Positions 1 to 7,968 of a stretch of 13,257 bases of DNA are shown piece by piece (within the stretch, counting starts at the first letter, position 1; every line of letters starts with the position of its first letter). The position numbers and the translations under genes are program-made. Under the pieces are notes generated by a model. It worked only from the letters and a program-made list of their open reading frames with translations. It had not been told where the DNA came from and ran no database searches. Source of the DNA: an uncultured Pseudomonadota bacterium (GTDB lineage: Bacteria; SAR324; NAC60-12); assembly GCA_913020725.1 (NCBI GenBank), contig CAJWCD010000105.1, forward strand, positions 1-13,257, read 5' to 3'.

Positions 1-196
1 GAAGACTTCGACGAACTCGCCAAGCAGCATGGTGTCCCGGAGGATGTCGAAATCATACCTGAACTTCTTGTGGCCTATCCCCTTTTAAGGGGTCCAGATT
101 GAGTTCGGTGACGGCAAGGAGATTCCGAACCCCGAGGGCACGGCAGCCATAAACACCCTCCTGAATAATTTGAAGGATGGGTTTCAGCTGCAGTGA
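1..196 (+). CDS. 3' fragment of an unidentified gene (window-truncated), possibly with a 1-nt frameshift near 89-92
   Basis: Frame 1 is open 1-102 (EDFDELAKQHGVPEDVEIIPELLVAYPLLRGPD*). Frame 2 is open 89-196 (GVQIEFGDGKEIPNPEGTAAINTLLNNLKDGFQLQ*). Both read as protein-like, and a hairpin follows at 203-244. No family recognised. Confidence 0.35.
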
Positions 197-202
197 TACG
201 GA

Positions 203-244
203 GGTAGACTTGTTGTGTTAAGACCGCATATACCAAAGTCTACC
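203..244 (+). terminator. Stem-loop, possible terminator or 3' structure of the + strand fragment
   Basis: Perfect 9-bp inverted repeat GGTAGACTT (203-211) / AAGTCTACC (236-244), extendable with G-U pairs on the + strand, 6 nt after the TGA at 194-196. No U-tract. Confidence 0.3.
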
Positions 245-324
245 ATGCTAGAGTACAGCAAGATTCCGTTGCTCAAATTGAGCTGATTTTGCAGTCCGCG
301 CAAGTCCACGCCAAGACCAACCTA

Positions 325-355
325 CATTCGTGCTTGGACAAACCCAGCACGAACG
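325..355 (-). terminator. Stem-loop downstream of the minus-strand operon
   Basis: Minus strand CGTTCGTGCT-GGGTTTGTCCA-AGCACGAATG forms a 10-bp stem with one G-U pair, about 30 nt after the DUF2784 stop. No strong U-tract. Confidence 0.4.
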
Positions 356-384
356 AGGAGTTTGGCAAGCCAGCACTAAGGGGG

Positions 385-753
385 TTAACTGGCCATTTTC
401 CAATGCCACAGCACCCCTCCGTACAGCAGTAGATTGATCACCAGCACCCCCGTCCCCAGCCATTGCATCAACTCTAGGGTCAAACCGGGCGGGTAAATCA
501 CGGGCAGCAGCACGGATTCCACAAATCCCCCCTCGTATCCGGACTCCCCGGCCTGTTGTCGCCAGTGGTTTTCCCAATCTGTGAGCGGACAGACCCACCC
601 CCTCCACTCAACAATCACCGCCCAGACCGCTGCCGGAAGGTGCAGCCCCACCAGCCGAGGCCACCACCACAACAACACCGCTCCAGCCACGGCAAAAGCA
701 ATGAAGAGCAAATGTGCGATCAGTAAAGCGTCGGCAATGAGTTGAGCGAGCAT
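385..753 (-). CDS. DUF2784-family small membrane protein
   Basis: 122 aa. ADALLIAHLLFIAF, LHLPAAVWA, CPLTDWENHWRQQAGESGYEGGFV and IYPPGLT match my recollection of the DUF2784 pattern. About three hydrophobic helices. Confidence 0.8.
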   Translation of the reverse strand: MLAQLIADALLIAHLLFIAFAVAGAVLLWWWPRLVGLHLPAAVWAVIVEWRGWVCPLTDWENHWRQQAGESGYEGGFVESVLLPVIYPPGLTLELMQWLGTGVLVINLLLYGGVLWHWKMAS

Positions 754-830
754 TCTGCTTAACGTAAGTTTTGGATAAGCGTACCCGCAGAAGGGTTTAT
801 CTGGATGTTGCTCTCACTGCTCTTGTGTCG

Positions 831-1748
831 CTATCCTCCAAGCAGCACTCCGGAGGCAAGGCTGTACTTGGAGACAAATTCGGCGGCTGAAATCTTCTTG
901 GCATCGTGGGGCCGGACTCGCTGCACGAGGATGCCGCCTCCATTGGCGGCGACGGTGAACCCCTGCTCCGAAATTTCGACCACCTCGCCGGGTGCGCCTG
1001 AGGCTTCGACCTTGGTGCAGTCGTAGATTTTCAGCACATTGCTCTCGTGTGTGGTCCACGCGCCCGGTTGGGGATTGGTGCCCCGGATCAGGTTATGAAC
1101 CTCAGACACCGATTGCGACCAGTCAATTTCCGCGTGTTTGTGTTTGCACCAAGATTCATAAGTTGCTTGCGATTCGTCCTGCTGGACCCGCGGCGGGTTT
1201 CCGGAGCGCACAAGGTCAATCGCTTCCAAGGCAGCCTCAATTCCCAAAGGAAAGATTTTCTGGAAATAGATGGTGCCAAGTGTGTCCTCCGGACCAACGT
1301 CCACCTCCTTCTGCAAGAGGATTTCGCCTTCGTCAAGGCCGTCATTCGCCCAAAAGTAAGTCAGCCCTGTCTTGGTCGCACCACCGATGAGCGCCCAATT
1401 GATGGAGCTTGGGCCGCGATGCTTGGGCAGGAGTGACGGATGGAAACAGATGGAGCCGTGGGTTGGAATGTCACGGGCTGCTGCGGGTACAAAGAGCGTC
1501 ACATACGCCATCACGCAGAGCCCGGAGTTGAACCCCCGCATCTCGTCCAAGACTTCTTGGTCCTTGAAGTTGGGAGGCTGAACGACTGGAAGTCCTTGCT
1601 CCAGCGCAAACTCCTTGATTGGATCCACTGGTTTGCCCTCCTTGTCGGGCGCACAATAGACGGCAACGACTTCGTCCTCGCCTTTTTTCAAGACGGCTTC
1701 CAAGCACTCCTTGCCGAAGGCCTGCTGGCCCATGATGATCAGTCGCAT
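831..1748 (-). CDS. Stand-alone formyltransferase/hydrolase (formyl_trans_N + C), resembling the 10-formyl-THF dehydrogenase N-terminal domain; probably not a true Met-tRNA formyltransferase
   Basis: 305 aa. Folate-binding motif HPSLLPKHRG (His103), GLDEG (Asp139), HNLIRGTNPQPGAWT. The N-terminal GQQAFG and APDKEGKPVDP, and INWALIGG and YFWANDGLD, follow ALDH1L1 (GQSLFG, VPDKDGKADP, INWTLIHG, IFWADDGLD) rather than Fmt (GTPDFA, QPDRPAGRG). Confidence 0.85.
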   Translation of the reverse strand: MRLIIMGQQAFGKECLEAVLKKGEDEVVAVYCAPDKEGKPVDPIKEFALEQGLPVVQPPNFKDQEVLDEMRGFNSGLCVMAYVTLFVPAAARDIPTHGSICFHPSLLPKHRGPSSINWALIGGATKTGLTYFWANDGLDEGEILLQKEVDVGPEDTLGTIYFQKIFPLGIEAALEAIDLVRSGNPPRVQQDESQATYESWCKHKHAEIDWSQSVSEVHNLIRGTNPQPGAWTTHESNVLKIYDCTKVEASGAPGEVVEISEQGFTVAANGGGILVQRVRPHDAKKISAAEFVSKYSLASGVLLGG

Positions 1749-1778
1749 GTTTGCAATTTCCTTGCTTATCTGAGTTGG

Positions 1779-3023
1779 TTAAACCGCTTTTTCCTCTTTA
1801 GCCGCTGCAATCTCGGCATTGCTGAATCCGAGTTCCGTCAGGACTTCATCTGTGTGTTCCCCCAACAGCGGTGAACGTTGCACGTCTGTTGGCGAATCTG
1901 ATAGTTTGATCGGATTTCCAACCGTCAGGTATTTACCTCGCTCCGGATGATCAACCTCGACAATGGTGCCGGTCGCCCGCAGCGACGGTTCCTCGGCTAA
2001 CTCCTTCATGCTGAGGATCGGCCCACAAGGGACATTGAGTGGATTGAGGATGTCCATGACCTCGTACTTGGTTTTGGTCTTGGTCCACTTCTCAATTTCT
2101 TCAAAGAGTTGCTCAAGCTTGGGGAGGCGAGCTTCCGGAGTTGACCATTCCGGATCCTCCAACCAATCCTCGTGTCCGATGACCTTGGCAAGTGCAGGGA
2201 ACGCGGCTGCTTGAGTGATCACATAGCTGTAAGCATCCGGGTCGGTTTCCCAGCCTTTGCACCTCACAATCCAACCGGGTTGCCCTCCCCCTGAAGCATT
2301 GCCTGCACGCGGAGTCGCCTCGCCAAATTCTCCGTTCGGGTACTGCGGGTATTCTGTCAAGGGGCCATGTGCGAGGCGTTGCTGGTCGCGCAGTTTGACC
2401 CGACAGAGGTTCAAGACCCCGTCCTGCATGGCGCAGGTGATACGCTGGCCGCGTCCGCTTTTTTCGCGGTGGTACAAGGCCGTGGTGATTCCAAACGCTA
2501 AGTTCAGTCCGGTGCCAGAATCGCCAATCTGCGCACCCGTCACCATCGGGAATCGATCCAGCTCGCCTGTGGTCGAGGCCGAACCTCCTGTGCATTGTGC
2601 GACATTCTCATAGACCTTGCAGTCTGCGTAAGGCCCCGGCCCAAACCCCTTGACCGAGGCATAGATCATCTGCGGGTTGAGTTCCTGAATCTTTTCCCAA
2701 GGAAAGCCCATCCGGTCGATGGCTCCGGGAGCAAAGTTCTCGACTAAGACATCACAATGCTTGATGAGTTTGGCGAAGATTTCCTTACCTTTGACATGCT
2801 TGGTGTTCAGCGTGAGGCTGCGCTTGTTGTGATTGAGCATCGTGAAGTAGAGGCTGTCCACATCCGGGATGTCGCGTAACTGTCCGCGTGTCGCGTCTCC
2901 AACTCCGGGACGTTCCACCTTGATCACATCGGCGCCAAACCATGCGAGCAATTGGGTGCAAGTCGGTCCCGATTGCACATGGGTCATGTCCAGAATCCGG
3001 ACACCTTCTAAAGCTTTGGTCAT
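1779..3023 (-). CDS. frc: Formyl-CoA:oxalate CoA-transferase (family III CoA-transferase)
   Basis: 414 aa. [51 protein letters not shown], catalytic Asp168 in IGDSGTG (Asp169 equivalent), and glycine loop [10 protein letters not shown]. Closely follows Frc/YfdW. Confidence 0.93.
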   Translation of the reverse strand: MTKALEGVRILDMTHVQSGPTCTQLLAWFGADVIKVERPGVGDATRGQLRDIPDVDSLYFTMLNHNKRSLTLNTKHVKGKEIFAKLIKHCDVLVENFAPGAIDRMGFPWEKIQELNPQMIYASVKGFGPGPYADCKVYENVAQCTGGSASTTGELDRFPMVTGAQIGDSGTGLNLAFGITTALYHREKSGRGQRITCAMQDGVLNLCRVKLRDQQRLAHGPLTEYPQYPNGEFGEATPRAGNASGGGQPGWIVRCKGWETDPDAYSYVITQAAAFPALAKVIGHEDWLEDPEWSTPEARLPKLEQLFEEIEKWTKTKTKYEVMDILNPLNVPCGPILSMKELAEEPSLRATGTIVEVDHPERGKYLTVGNPIKLSDSPTDVQRSPLLGEHTDEVLTELGFSNAEIAAAKEEKAV

Positions 3024-3024
3024 T

Positions 3025-3059
3025 GCAGTTATCAGTGATTGGTGGTCAGTGGTCAGTGG
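3025..3059. repeat. Degenerate heptamer tandem repeat (5 units)
   Basis: GCAGTTA-TCAGTGA-TTGGTGG-TCAGTGG-TCAGTGG fills most of the 42-bp gap between the ThDP enzyme gene and frc. Confidence 0.7.
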
Positions 3060-3065
3060 TGAATG

Positions 3066-4805
3066 TCACTTGTACATGGTCTGAGCTTTGGTGCCCGGTG
3101 CATACTCGTTCGGATCAACCCAAACATTGATCACCGCCGATTTTCCGGACGATTTCACGGACTCGCGGGCGCGCTGCAAGGCCGGTTGAATTTCGTTCGG
3201 ATCACGGATTTCTTGTCCAGAACCACCGAGCATTTCGGCAAACGTCCCAAAGGGCACATCACCGAGTTTGTTGCCGACATTGCCGCGTTGCTCTCCGTAC
3301 TTGGTGACCTGTCCGTAGCGGATTTGGTTCATGTGCGAGTTGTTGCCGACAATGGCAATGTAGGGTGCGCCGAAACGGTTTGCAGTCTCCATGTCGAAGG
3401 CAGTCATGCCGAACGATCCATCACCATAAAGGCAGATCACTTCCTTCTGCGGATGAGCCAATCCCGCCGCCATCGCAAAGCCGGTGCCCACACCCAGCGA
3501 ACCAAGCGCTCCGGGGTCCATCCAATTTCCGGGACCACGCGGCTGCACGGCTTGGGCGCTGATGGTCACGATGTCTCCGCCATCGCCAATGTAGATTGTG
3601 TCCTCGCTGAGGAACTCATTGATCTCCCAAGCGAGGCGATAGGGGTGGATGGGGTTGGAGTTCGACAGGAACATCGGCATGAGTTTTTCCGTCTTCTCGG
3701 CTTCCTCTGCCCGGAGTCCGTCCAACCAGCCTTGGCGTCCCTTTGCACCGTTGTCCGAGCGACCTGTCGCCGCCTGCAAGGCTGCTGCGAGGATGGCCCC
3801 CGGATCACCAGCCAATCCTAACGAGATGTCTCGGTTCTTCCCTACCGTCCGGTAGTCCTGATCGATTTGAATAAGCGTCGCTTGCTTGCTGATGCGTTTG
3901 CCATAGCCCATGCGGAAATCGAAGGGCGTGCCAACAATGACGATCACATCTGCTTTCTTGAACGCGCTGGAACGAGTGCGATTGAAATAATGGGGATCTC
4001 CGGGGGGCAAAATTCCACGGCTGGCTCCATTCATGTAGAGCGCAACGTTCAGGCTGCGGGCAAGGTCAATGGCGGCTTGGTGACCGCGTGACATGAACAC
4101 TTGGGAGCCGACCAACATCGCTGGACGTTCGGCCTTCACCAAGAGGTCCGCAAGTCTCTCAATATCTTCGGGATCGCCAATGGATTTGACCGAGGCGCGG
4201 TAGCGACCCGGTTCCGGAATCACGGCGCTCTCCTTAGGAATCTCCCGGTCGAGCACGTCACGCGGTATTTCAAGATAGCTCGGCCCGTAAGCTCCGGTAA
4301 AGCATTCGCGCGCTGCCATGGAGATCATGTCCGCTACCCGTTCTGTGGACATGACTCCAGATGCGAACTTGGTGATCGGCGTCATCATGTCAACGTGCGG
4401 CAGGTCTTGCAGCGACCCCATCTTGTGCTGCGTCAGCGAACTCTGCCCGCCAATGTGCAGGATGGGGCTTTCCGAGCGGAAAGCAGTGGCGATGCCCGTC
4501 ATGGCATTGGTGCAGCCCGGACCTGCCGTGGTGACCACACAGCCAAGCTTCCCGGTCTGTCGGGCGTAGCCGTCTGCTGCGTGTGCCGCCGTCTGCTCGT
4601 GCCGGACATCAATGATGCGGATGCCTTCGTCAAGACAGCCGTCGTAAATGTCGATGATGTGACCCCCACAAAGCGTGAAGATGGTGTCCACCCCTTCGCT
4701 CTTCAGAGCTTTGGCGACAAGGTGTCCACCGGAAATAACCTCTTCCGAACGGCTCTTCTTGGCGAGGGTGTCTGTTGCAGTTTGGGAGGCCGGATTGGCT
4801 TTCAT
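3066..4805 (-). CDS. ThDP-dependent acyl-CoA decarboxylase/lyase (putative non-canonical oxalyl-CoA decarboxylase or 2-hydroxyacyl-CoA lyase; ILVBL/HACL2-like)
   Basis: 579 aa. Catalytic Glu in DVRHEQ, TAGPGCTN, ThDP/Mg motif GDGSFGM...GNNS, plus FTLCGGHI and WMDPGALGSLGVG. Lies immediately upstream of frc. The ThDP family is secure; the substrate is inferred. Confidence 0.85.
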   Translation of the reverse strand: MKANPASQTATDTLAKKSRSEEVISGGHLVAKALKSEGVDTIFTLCGGHIIDIYDGCLDEGIRIIDVRHEQTAAHAADGYARQTGKLGCVVTTAGPGCTNAMTGIATAFRSESPILHIGGQSSLTQHKMGSLQDLPHVDMMTPITKFASGVMSTERVADMISMAARECFTGAYGPSYLEIPRDVLDREIPKESAVIPEPGRYRASVKSIGDPEDIERLADLLVKAERPAMLVGSQVFMSRGHQAAIDLARSLNVALYMNGASRGILPPGDPHYFNRTRSSAFKKADVIVIVGTPFDFRMGYGKRISKQATLIQIDQDYRTVGKNRDISLGLAGDPGAILAAALQAATGRSDNGAKGRQGWLDGLRAEEAEKTEKLMPMFLSNSNPIHPYRLAWEINEFLSEDTIYIGDGGDIVTISAQAVQPRGPGNWMDPGALGSLGVGTGFAMAAGLAHPQKEVICLYGDGSFGMTAFDMETANRFGAPYIAIVGNNSHMNQIRYGQVTKYGEQRGNVGNKLGDVPFGTFAEMLGGSGQEIRDPNEIQPALQRARESVKSSGKSAVINVWVDPNEYAPGTKAQTMYK

Positions 4806-4818
4806 TGAGGTCTTATTG

Positions 4819-6339
4819 TCAAGGGGTTTGCTTGTCAGTGCTTGGGAAAAACCGGTTCTTGAGGGGCTTGAACGTCGGCATTGCCAGTAAAATTAAGGCG
4901 ATGACCATGATCAAACCGGCAATCGGTCGATTAAAGAAGATTGAGAACGAACCACCGGAAATCAACAGCGATTGCCTGAGCGCTGGTTCCGCTAACGGCC
5001 CCAGCACAATGGCTAACACTGCGGGCGCCATCGGGTAGTCCAACTTACGCATCAGGTAGCCGACGACGCCAAAAACCAACATCAACCAGACATCGTGCAT
5101 GTCCATCGTCGGCACAAAACCACCGACGACACAGAGGATGAAGATGACAGGTGCTAGGATCGTGAACGGCATCTTCAACACCCAGATGAAGGCTGGGATG
5201 AAGGCGATGTTGATCAAGAGCGCAAACAAATTCGCGACGTACAAGCTGGCGATAAAACCCCAGACGAAATCAGGGTGATCCGTGAACACCAAGGGTCCCG
5301 GCTCAAGACCCCAGATCACCATGCCACCCAACAGGATCGCCGTCGTCGGCGATCCGGGGATGCCGAGCGTCAGCATCGGCAGCATGGCGCCGGTCGAGGC
5401 GGCGTTGTTGGCGGATTCCGGAGCCACGATGCCGTTGATGTTGCCTTTGCCGTAGGTTTCGGGCTCACTGGATGTGGTTTTGGCAAAACCGTAGGCCATC
5501 AACGAACCGGGGGTTGCACCGGCAGCCGGCAGGATGCCGACGAAATAGCCGAGGAACGACCCCATCAACATCGTCTTCCAAGTCCGCGTCAGTTCCACCA
5601 GATTGTCCCAGATTCGCTTGACGGAGATGGTCGCCTGCGAGATCATCGCGTTGCCCTTGGAGATTTCGATCGTCCACAGCATCTCGGCAATGCCGTAGAT
5701 GCCGATGGCCAACACCAGAAAGTTGATGCCGTGGAAGAAGCCGGGGATGTCTCCAAAGATGAGCCTCGGTTCTCCCGAAATGATATCCAAGCCGACGGCG
5801 CCAAACACCAAACCGATGAAGATGGAGAACATCGTCTTCGGAATGTCGTCACCGCCAAGCCCGATGAAGGTGGCGAAAGCCAGTAGCATGAGGGCGAATA
5901 TTTCTGGGGAACCGAAGGTCAGCGCCACCTCAGCCAGTGGCGGCGCAAAGAGCGTGAACAAAACGACCCCGACACTACCGCCGACAAACGATGCCGCCGC
6001 TGCTGCCACCAGTGCCTTGTCGGCCTTGCCCTGCAAGGCCATGGGGCGTCCATCAAAAGTCGTTGCTACTGCGGTAGATGCGCCGGGGATGCCAAGCATG
6101 ATCGAACTGATGGCGCCCCCGTACATGGCTCCGTAATAGATTGCACCGAGAAAGATGATGGCACCCGTCGGCGGCACCAAGAAGGTCATGGGTAACAAGA
6201 TCGCGACACCATTGACGGAGCCCAGTCCCGGCATGGCGCCGATAAAGAGGCCAATGGTGCATCCGAGTATGATGAGCGCGAGGTTCAGCGGCTCAAAGGC
6301 GATGGCAAAGCCATTGAGGAGAAGAGACAGAATGTCCAT
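4819..6339 (-). CDS. tctA: Tripartite tricarboxylate transporter, large permease subunit (TctA family)
   Basis: 506 aa, polytopic. GAMPGLG, IYYGAMYGGAISSIMLGIPG, TTFDGRPMALQG, APESANNA, PMLTLGIPGS and GLEPGP are TctA signatures. Confidence 0.95.
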   Translation of the reverse strand: MDILSLLLNGFAIAFEPLNLALIILGCTIGLFIGAMPGLGSVNGVAILLPMTFLVPPTGAIIFLGAIYYGAMYGGAISSIMLGIPGASTAVATTFDGRPMALQGKADKALVAAAAASFVGGSVGVVLFTLFAPPLAEVALTFGSPEIFALMLLAFATFIGLGGDDIPKTMFSIFIGLVFGAVGLDIISGEPRLIFGDIPGFFHGINFLVLAIGIYGIAEMLWTIEISKGNAMISQATISVKRIWDNLVELTRTWKTMLMGSFLGYFVGILPAAGATPGSLMAYGFAKTTSSEPETYGKGNINGIVAPESANNAASTGAMLPMLTLGIPGSPTTAILLGGMVIWGLEPGPLVFTDHPDFVWGFIASLYVANLFALLINIAFIPAFIWVLKMPFTILAPVIFILCVVGGFVPTMDMHDVWLMLVFGVVGYLMRKLDYPMAPAVLAIVLGPLAEPALRQSLLISGGSFSIFFNRPIAGLIMVIALILLAMPTFKPLKNRFFPSTDKQTP

Positions 6340-6399
6340 CGGTGCTTGGAACTCAGGTCAAGTTACAAAGTCGGTTACTCTGATTGTAGCTTGGCAGGA

Positions 6400-6897
6400 T
6401 TAATAGAAAAAATCGAATATAGGCTCAAACCACGGGTCCGTGAAGCCCTTGGGCAGGGTTTTCTGCAAAGCAATCTCAAAAAACAAAAATGTCGCGATCG
6501 GCGTTACAAACGCGAAGGTACCCGTCAGCAACCATGAATGGCCGCCCATGAATCTCAGGTAAAAGATCAGGAAAAGCGGGATGGCCCCGTAGGCGCCGGT
6601 GATATGGAACAGACCAATCAGCGCGGTGAGAGCGCCAACATTGAGGAGGAACAGCTTGAGTGCACGGCTGTCCATGTAAACTTCTTCTGAGCGGGATTCC
6701 GGTGTTATCCGTTTTGCCCAGCGATAGGCGATGGCGAAGCAACACACCAACATTCCTGCCGCCAGCCAGAACGGCCATGCGCCGCCGCCAGGCCCTTCAC
6801 CGGGAATCCAGCCGATCGGGAGTTCGGCGCTTTTCCACATCAAGTAAAGGGAGAAAGCCCCCATGAAGATGCTCATGACGAGTTCTGCCATGCGCAT
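6400..6897 (-). CDS. tctB: Tripartite tricarboxylate transporter, small permease subunit (TctB family)
   Basis: 165 aa, about 4-5 TM helices. GPGGGAWPFW near the N-terminus and FFEIALQKTLPKG near the C-terminus. Located between tctC and tctA, with SD-like GGGAG upstream. Confidence 0.9.
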   Translation of the reverse strand: MRMAELVMSIFMGAFSLYLMWKSAELPIGWIPGEGPGGGAWPFWLAAGMLVCCFAIAYRWAKRITPESRSEEVYMDSRALKLFLLNVGALTALIGLFHITGAYGAIPLFLIFYLRFMGGHSWLLTGTFAFVTPIATFLFFEIALQKTLPKGFTDPWFEPIFDFFY

Positions 6898-6946
6898 TGG
6901 CGATCTCCCTCTGTTCCTTCAAGTGTCTGCTTCGTTCAAAACCAGA

Positions 6947-7930
6947 CTACTTGAGGACGCCCATCTTTTGCAGCATGACCTTGTGGATCGCCTTTTCCCG
7001 GAGCCAGTATTTCATCAGGATGTCGCCGGTGAGGAAACCACCCTGTAGGCTCTTTTTGGCCATATACCCCTGCCATTCGTCGGAACCGTAGATCTGTGCA
7101 AACAACTGGCGGTAATAGGTTGCCGCCTCCTTGCTCATGCCCGGTGCACCAACGACCGTGCGCTGCATAAAGTAGACGAAGTCCTTGCCCAACTCCTTGA
7201 AGGTAGGCGCATCGGCAAACAAAGGCAGTCGTGTCGGTGTGAACGCAGCAATTGCTCTTGTTTTGCCAGCTTGATAAAAGCCAAGCTGCTCGGAAGGATT
7301 GTTGACCGTTGAGTTGGCGTTGTTCCCGGCCAGTTCCTTGGCCACGCGTCCTCCCCCCTTGTAGGGCACATACTTCATGTTGAGGCCATAGGCCTTGTTC
7401 AGGAAGTCGGTCAGCAGATTGTCTTCGGAGTTCTTGCCGGTGCCGGCCATGATCCAAGCATTGCCCTTGGCCTTGGCCGCCCGGACAAACTGATCAACAT
7501 TCATGATGCCGGAGTCCACATTGACCCACAGCAGGAACGTGTCTTCGGCCATCCGTCCGACAGGCGTGAAGGTGGAGATGTCCACCCCAAGTCCCGGCTG
7601 GCGCAGCGGCGTGGTGTAGAAGCTGTTCAACGTGAACATGATGGTGTGGTTCGGGTCTGAGGCGTTCTTGACATGAACGAGCGCTTCAGCACCCGATCCG
7701 CCCGGTTTGTTGATCGGCGTAAACGGCTTCGATGACAACTTATGCTTGCTGATGATGTTCTGCATGTACCGCACTGCCTTGTCCGCGCCACCACCTTTGC
7801 CGGCCATGACGATAAACTCAACCGGCTTTCTCGGCTCCCAAGCCGAGGCGATCATTGGAGCGAACACCAAGGCCAGACCTAACCCAACGACCATGCCGAG
7901 GCTCATCAGTTTATTGGCTAACTTGCTCAT
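6947..7930 (-). CDS. tctC: Tripartite tricarboxylate transporter substrate-binding protein (TctC/Bug family)
   Basis: Signal peptide ending ASA/WEP, then PVEFIVMAGKGGGAD, NKPGGSGA, YVPYKGGG and DAPTFKELG. Start moved from 7969 to the ATG at 7930 (MSKLANK), which has the SD-like AGGAG upstream. Confidence 0.92.
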   Translation of the reverse strand: MSKLANKLMSLGMVVGLGLALVFAPMIASAWEPRKPVEFIVMAGKGGGADKAVRYMQNIISKHKLSSKPFTPINKPGGSGAEALVHVKNASDPNHTIMFTLNSFYTTPLRQPGLGVDISTFTPVGRMAEDTFLLWVNVDSGIMNVDQFVRAAKAKGNAWIMAGTGKNSEDNLLTDFLNKAYGLNMKYVPYKGGGRVAKELAGNNANSTVNNPSEQLGFYQAGKTRAIAAFTPTRLPLFADAPTFKELGKDFVYFMQRTVVGAPGMSKEAATYYRQLFAQIYGSDEWQGYMAKKSLQGGFLTGDILMKYWLREKAIHKVMLQKMGVLK

Positions 7931-7968
7931 AATCTTCTCCTGAAATGAGTTAATGAAAAATGTAAACA

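Noticed and set aside
106..133. T-arm-like sequence GGGGTTCGGAATCTCC on the minus strand (possible tRNA fragment or att site)
   Set aside because: The loop is 8 nt, there is no CCA end or anticodon arm, and it does not match the tRNA-Arg 3' end.
85..150. 21-aa minus-strand ORF (MAAVPSGFGISLPSPNSIWTP) with AGGAGG upstream
   Set aside because: It is very short and antisense to the more protein-like plus-strand frame. The SD match may be chance.
197..390. Integron attC site or CRISPR array in the hairpin-rich gap
   Set aside because: No paired RYYYAAC/GTTRRRY boxes and no regularly spaced direct repeats were seen here or elsewhere in the window.
831..1748. Calling this gene fmt (methionyl-tRNA formyltransferase)
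   Set aside because: It lacks the N-x-H Asn, the GTPDFA motif and the basic tRNA-binding loop, has no def neighbour, and its motifs follow the ALDH1L1 N-domain.
3066..4805. Assigning the symbol oxc or ilvB
   Set aside because: Motifs differ from canonical Oxc, and there is no small subunit or ilv context. The substrate cannot be fixed from sequence alone.
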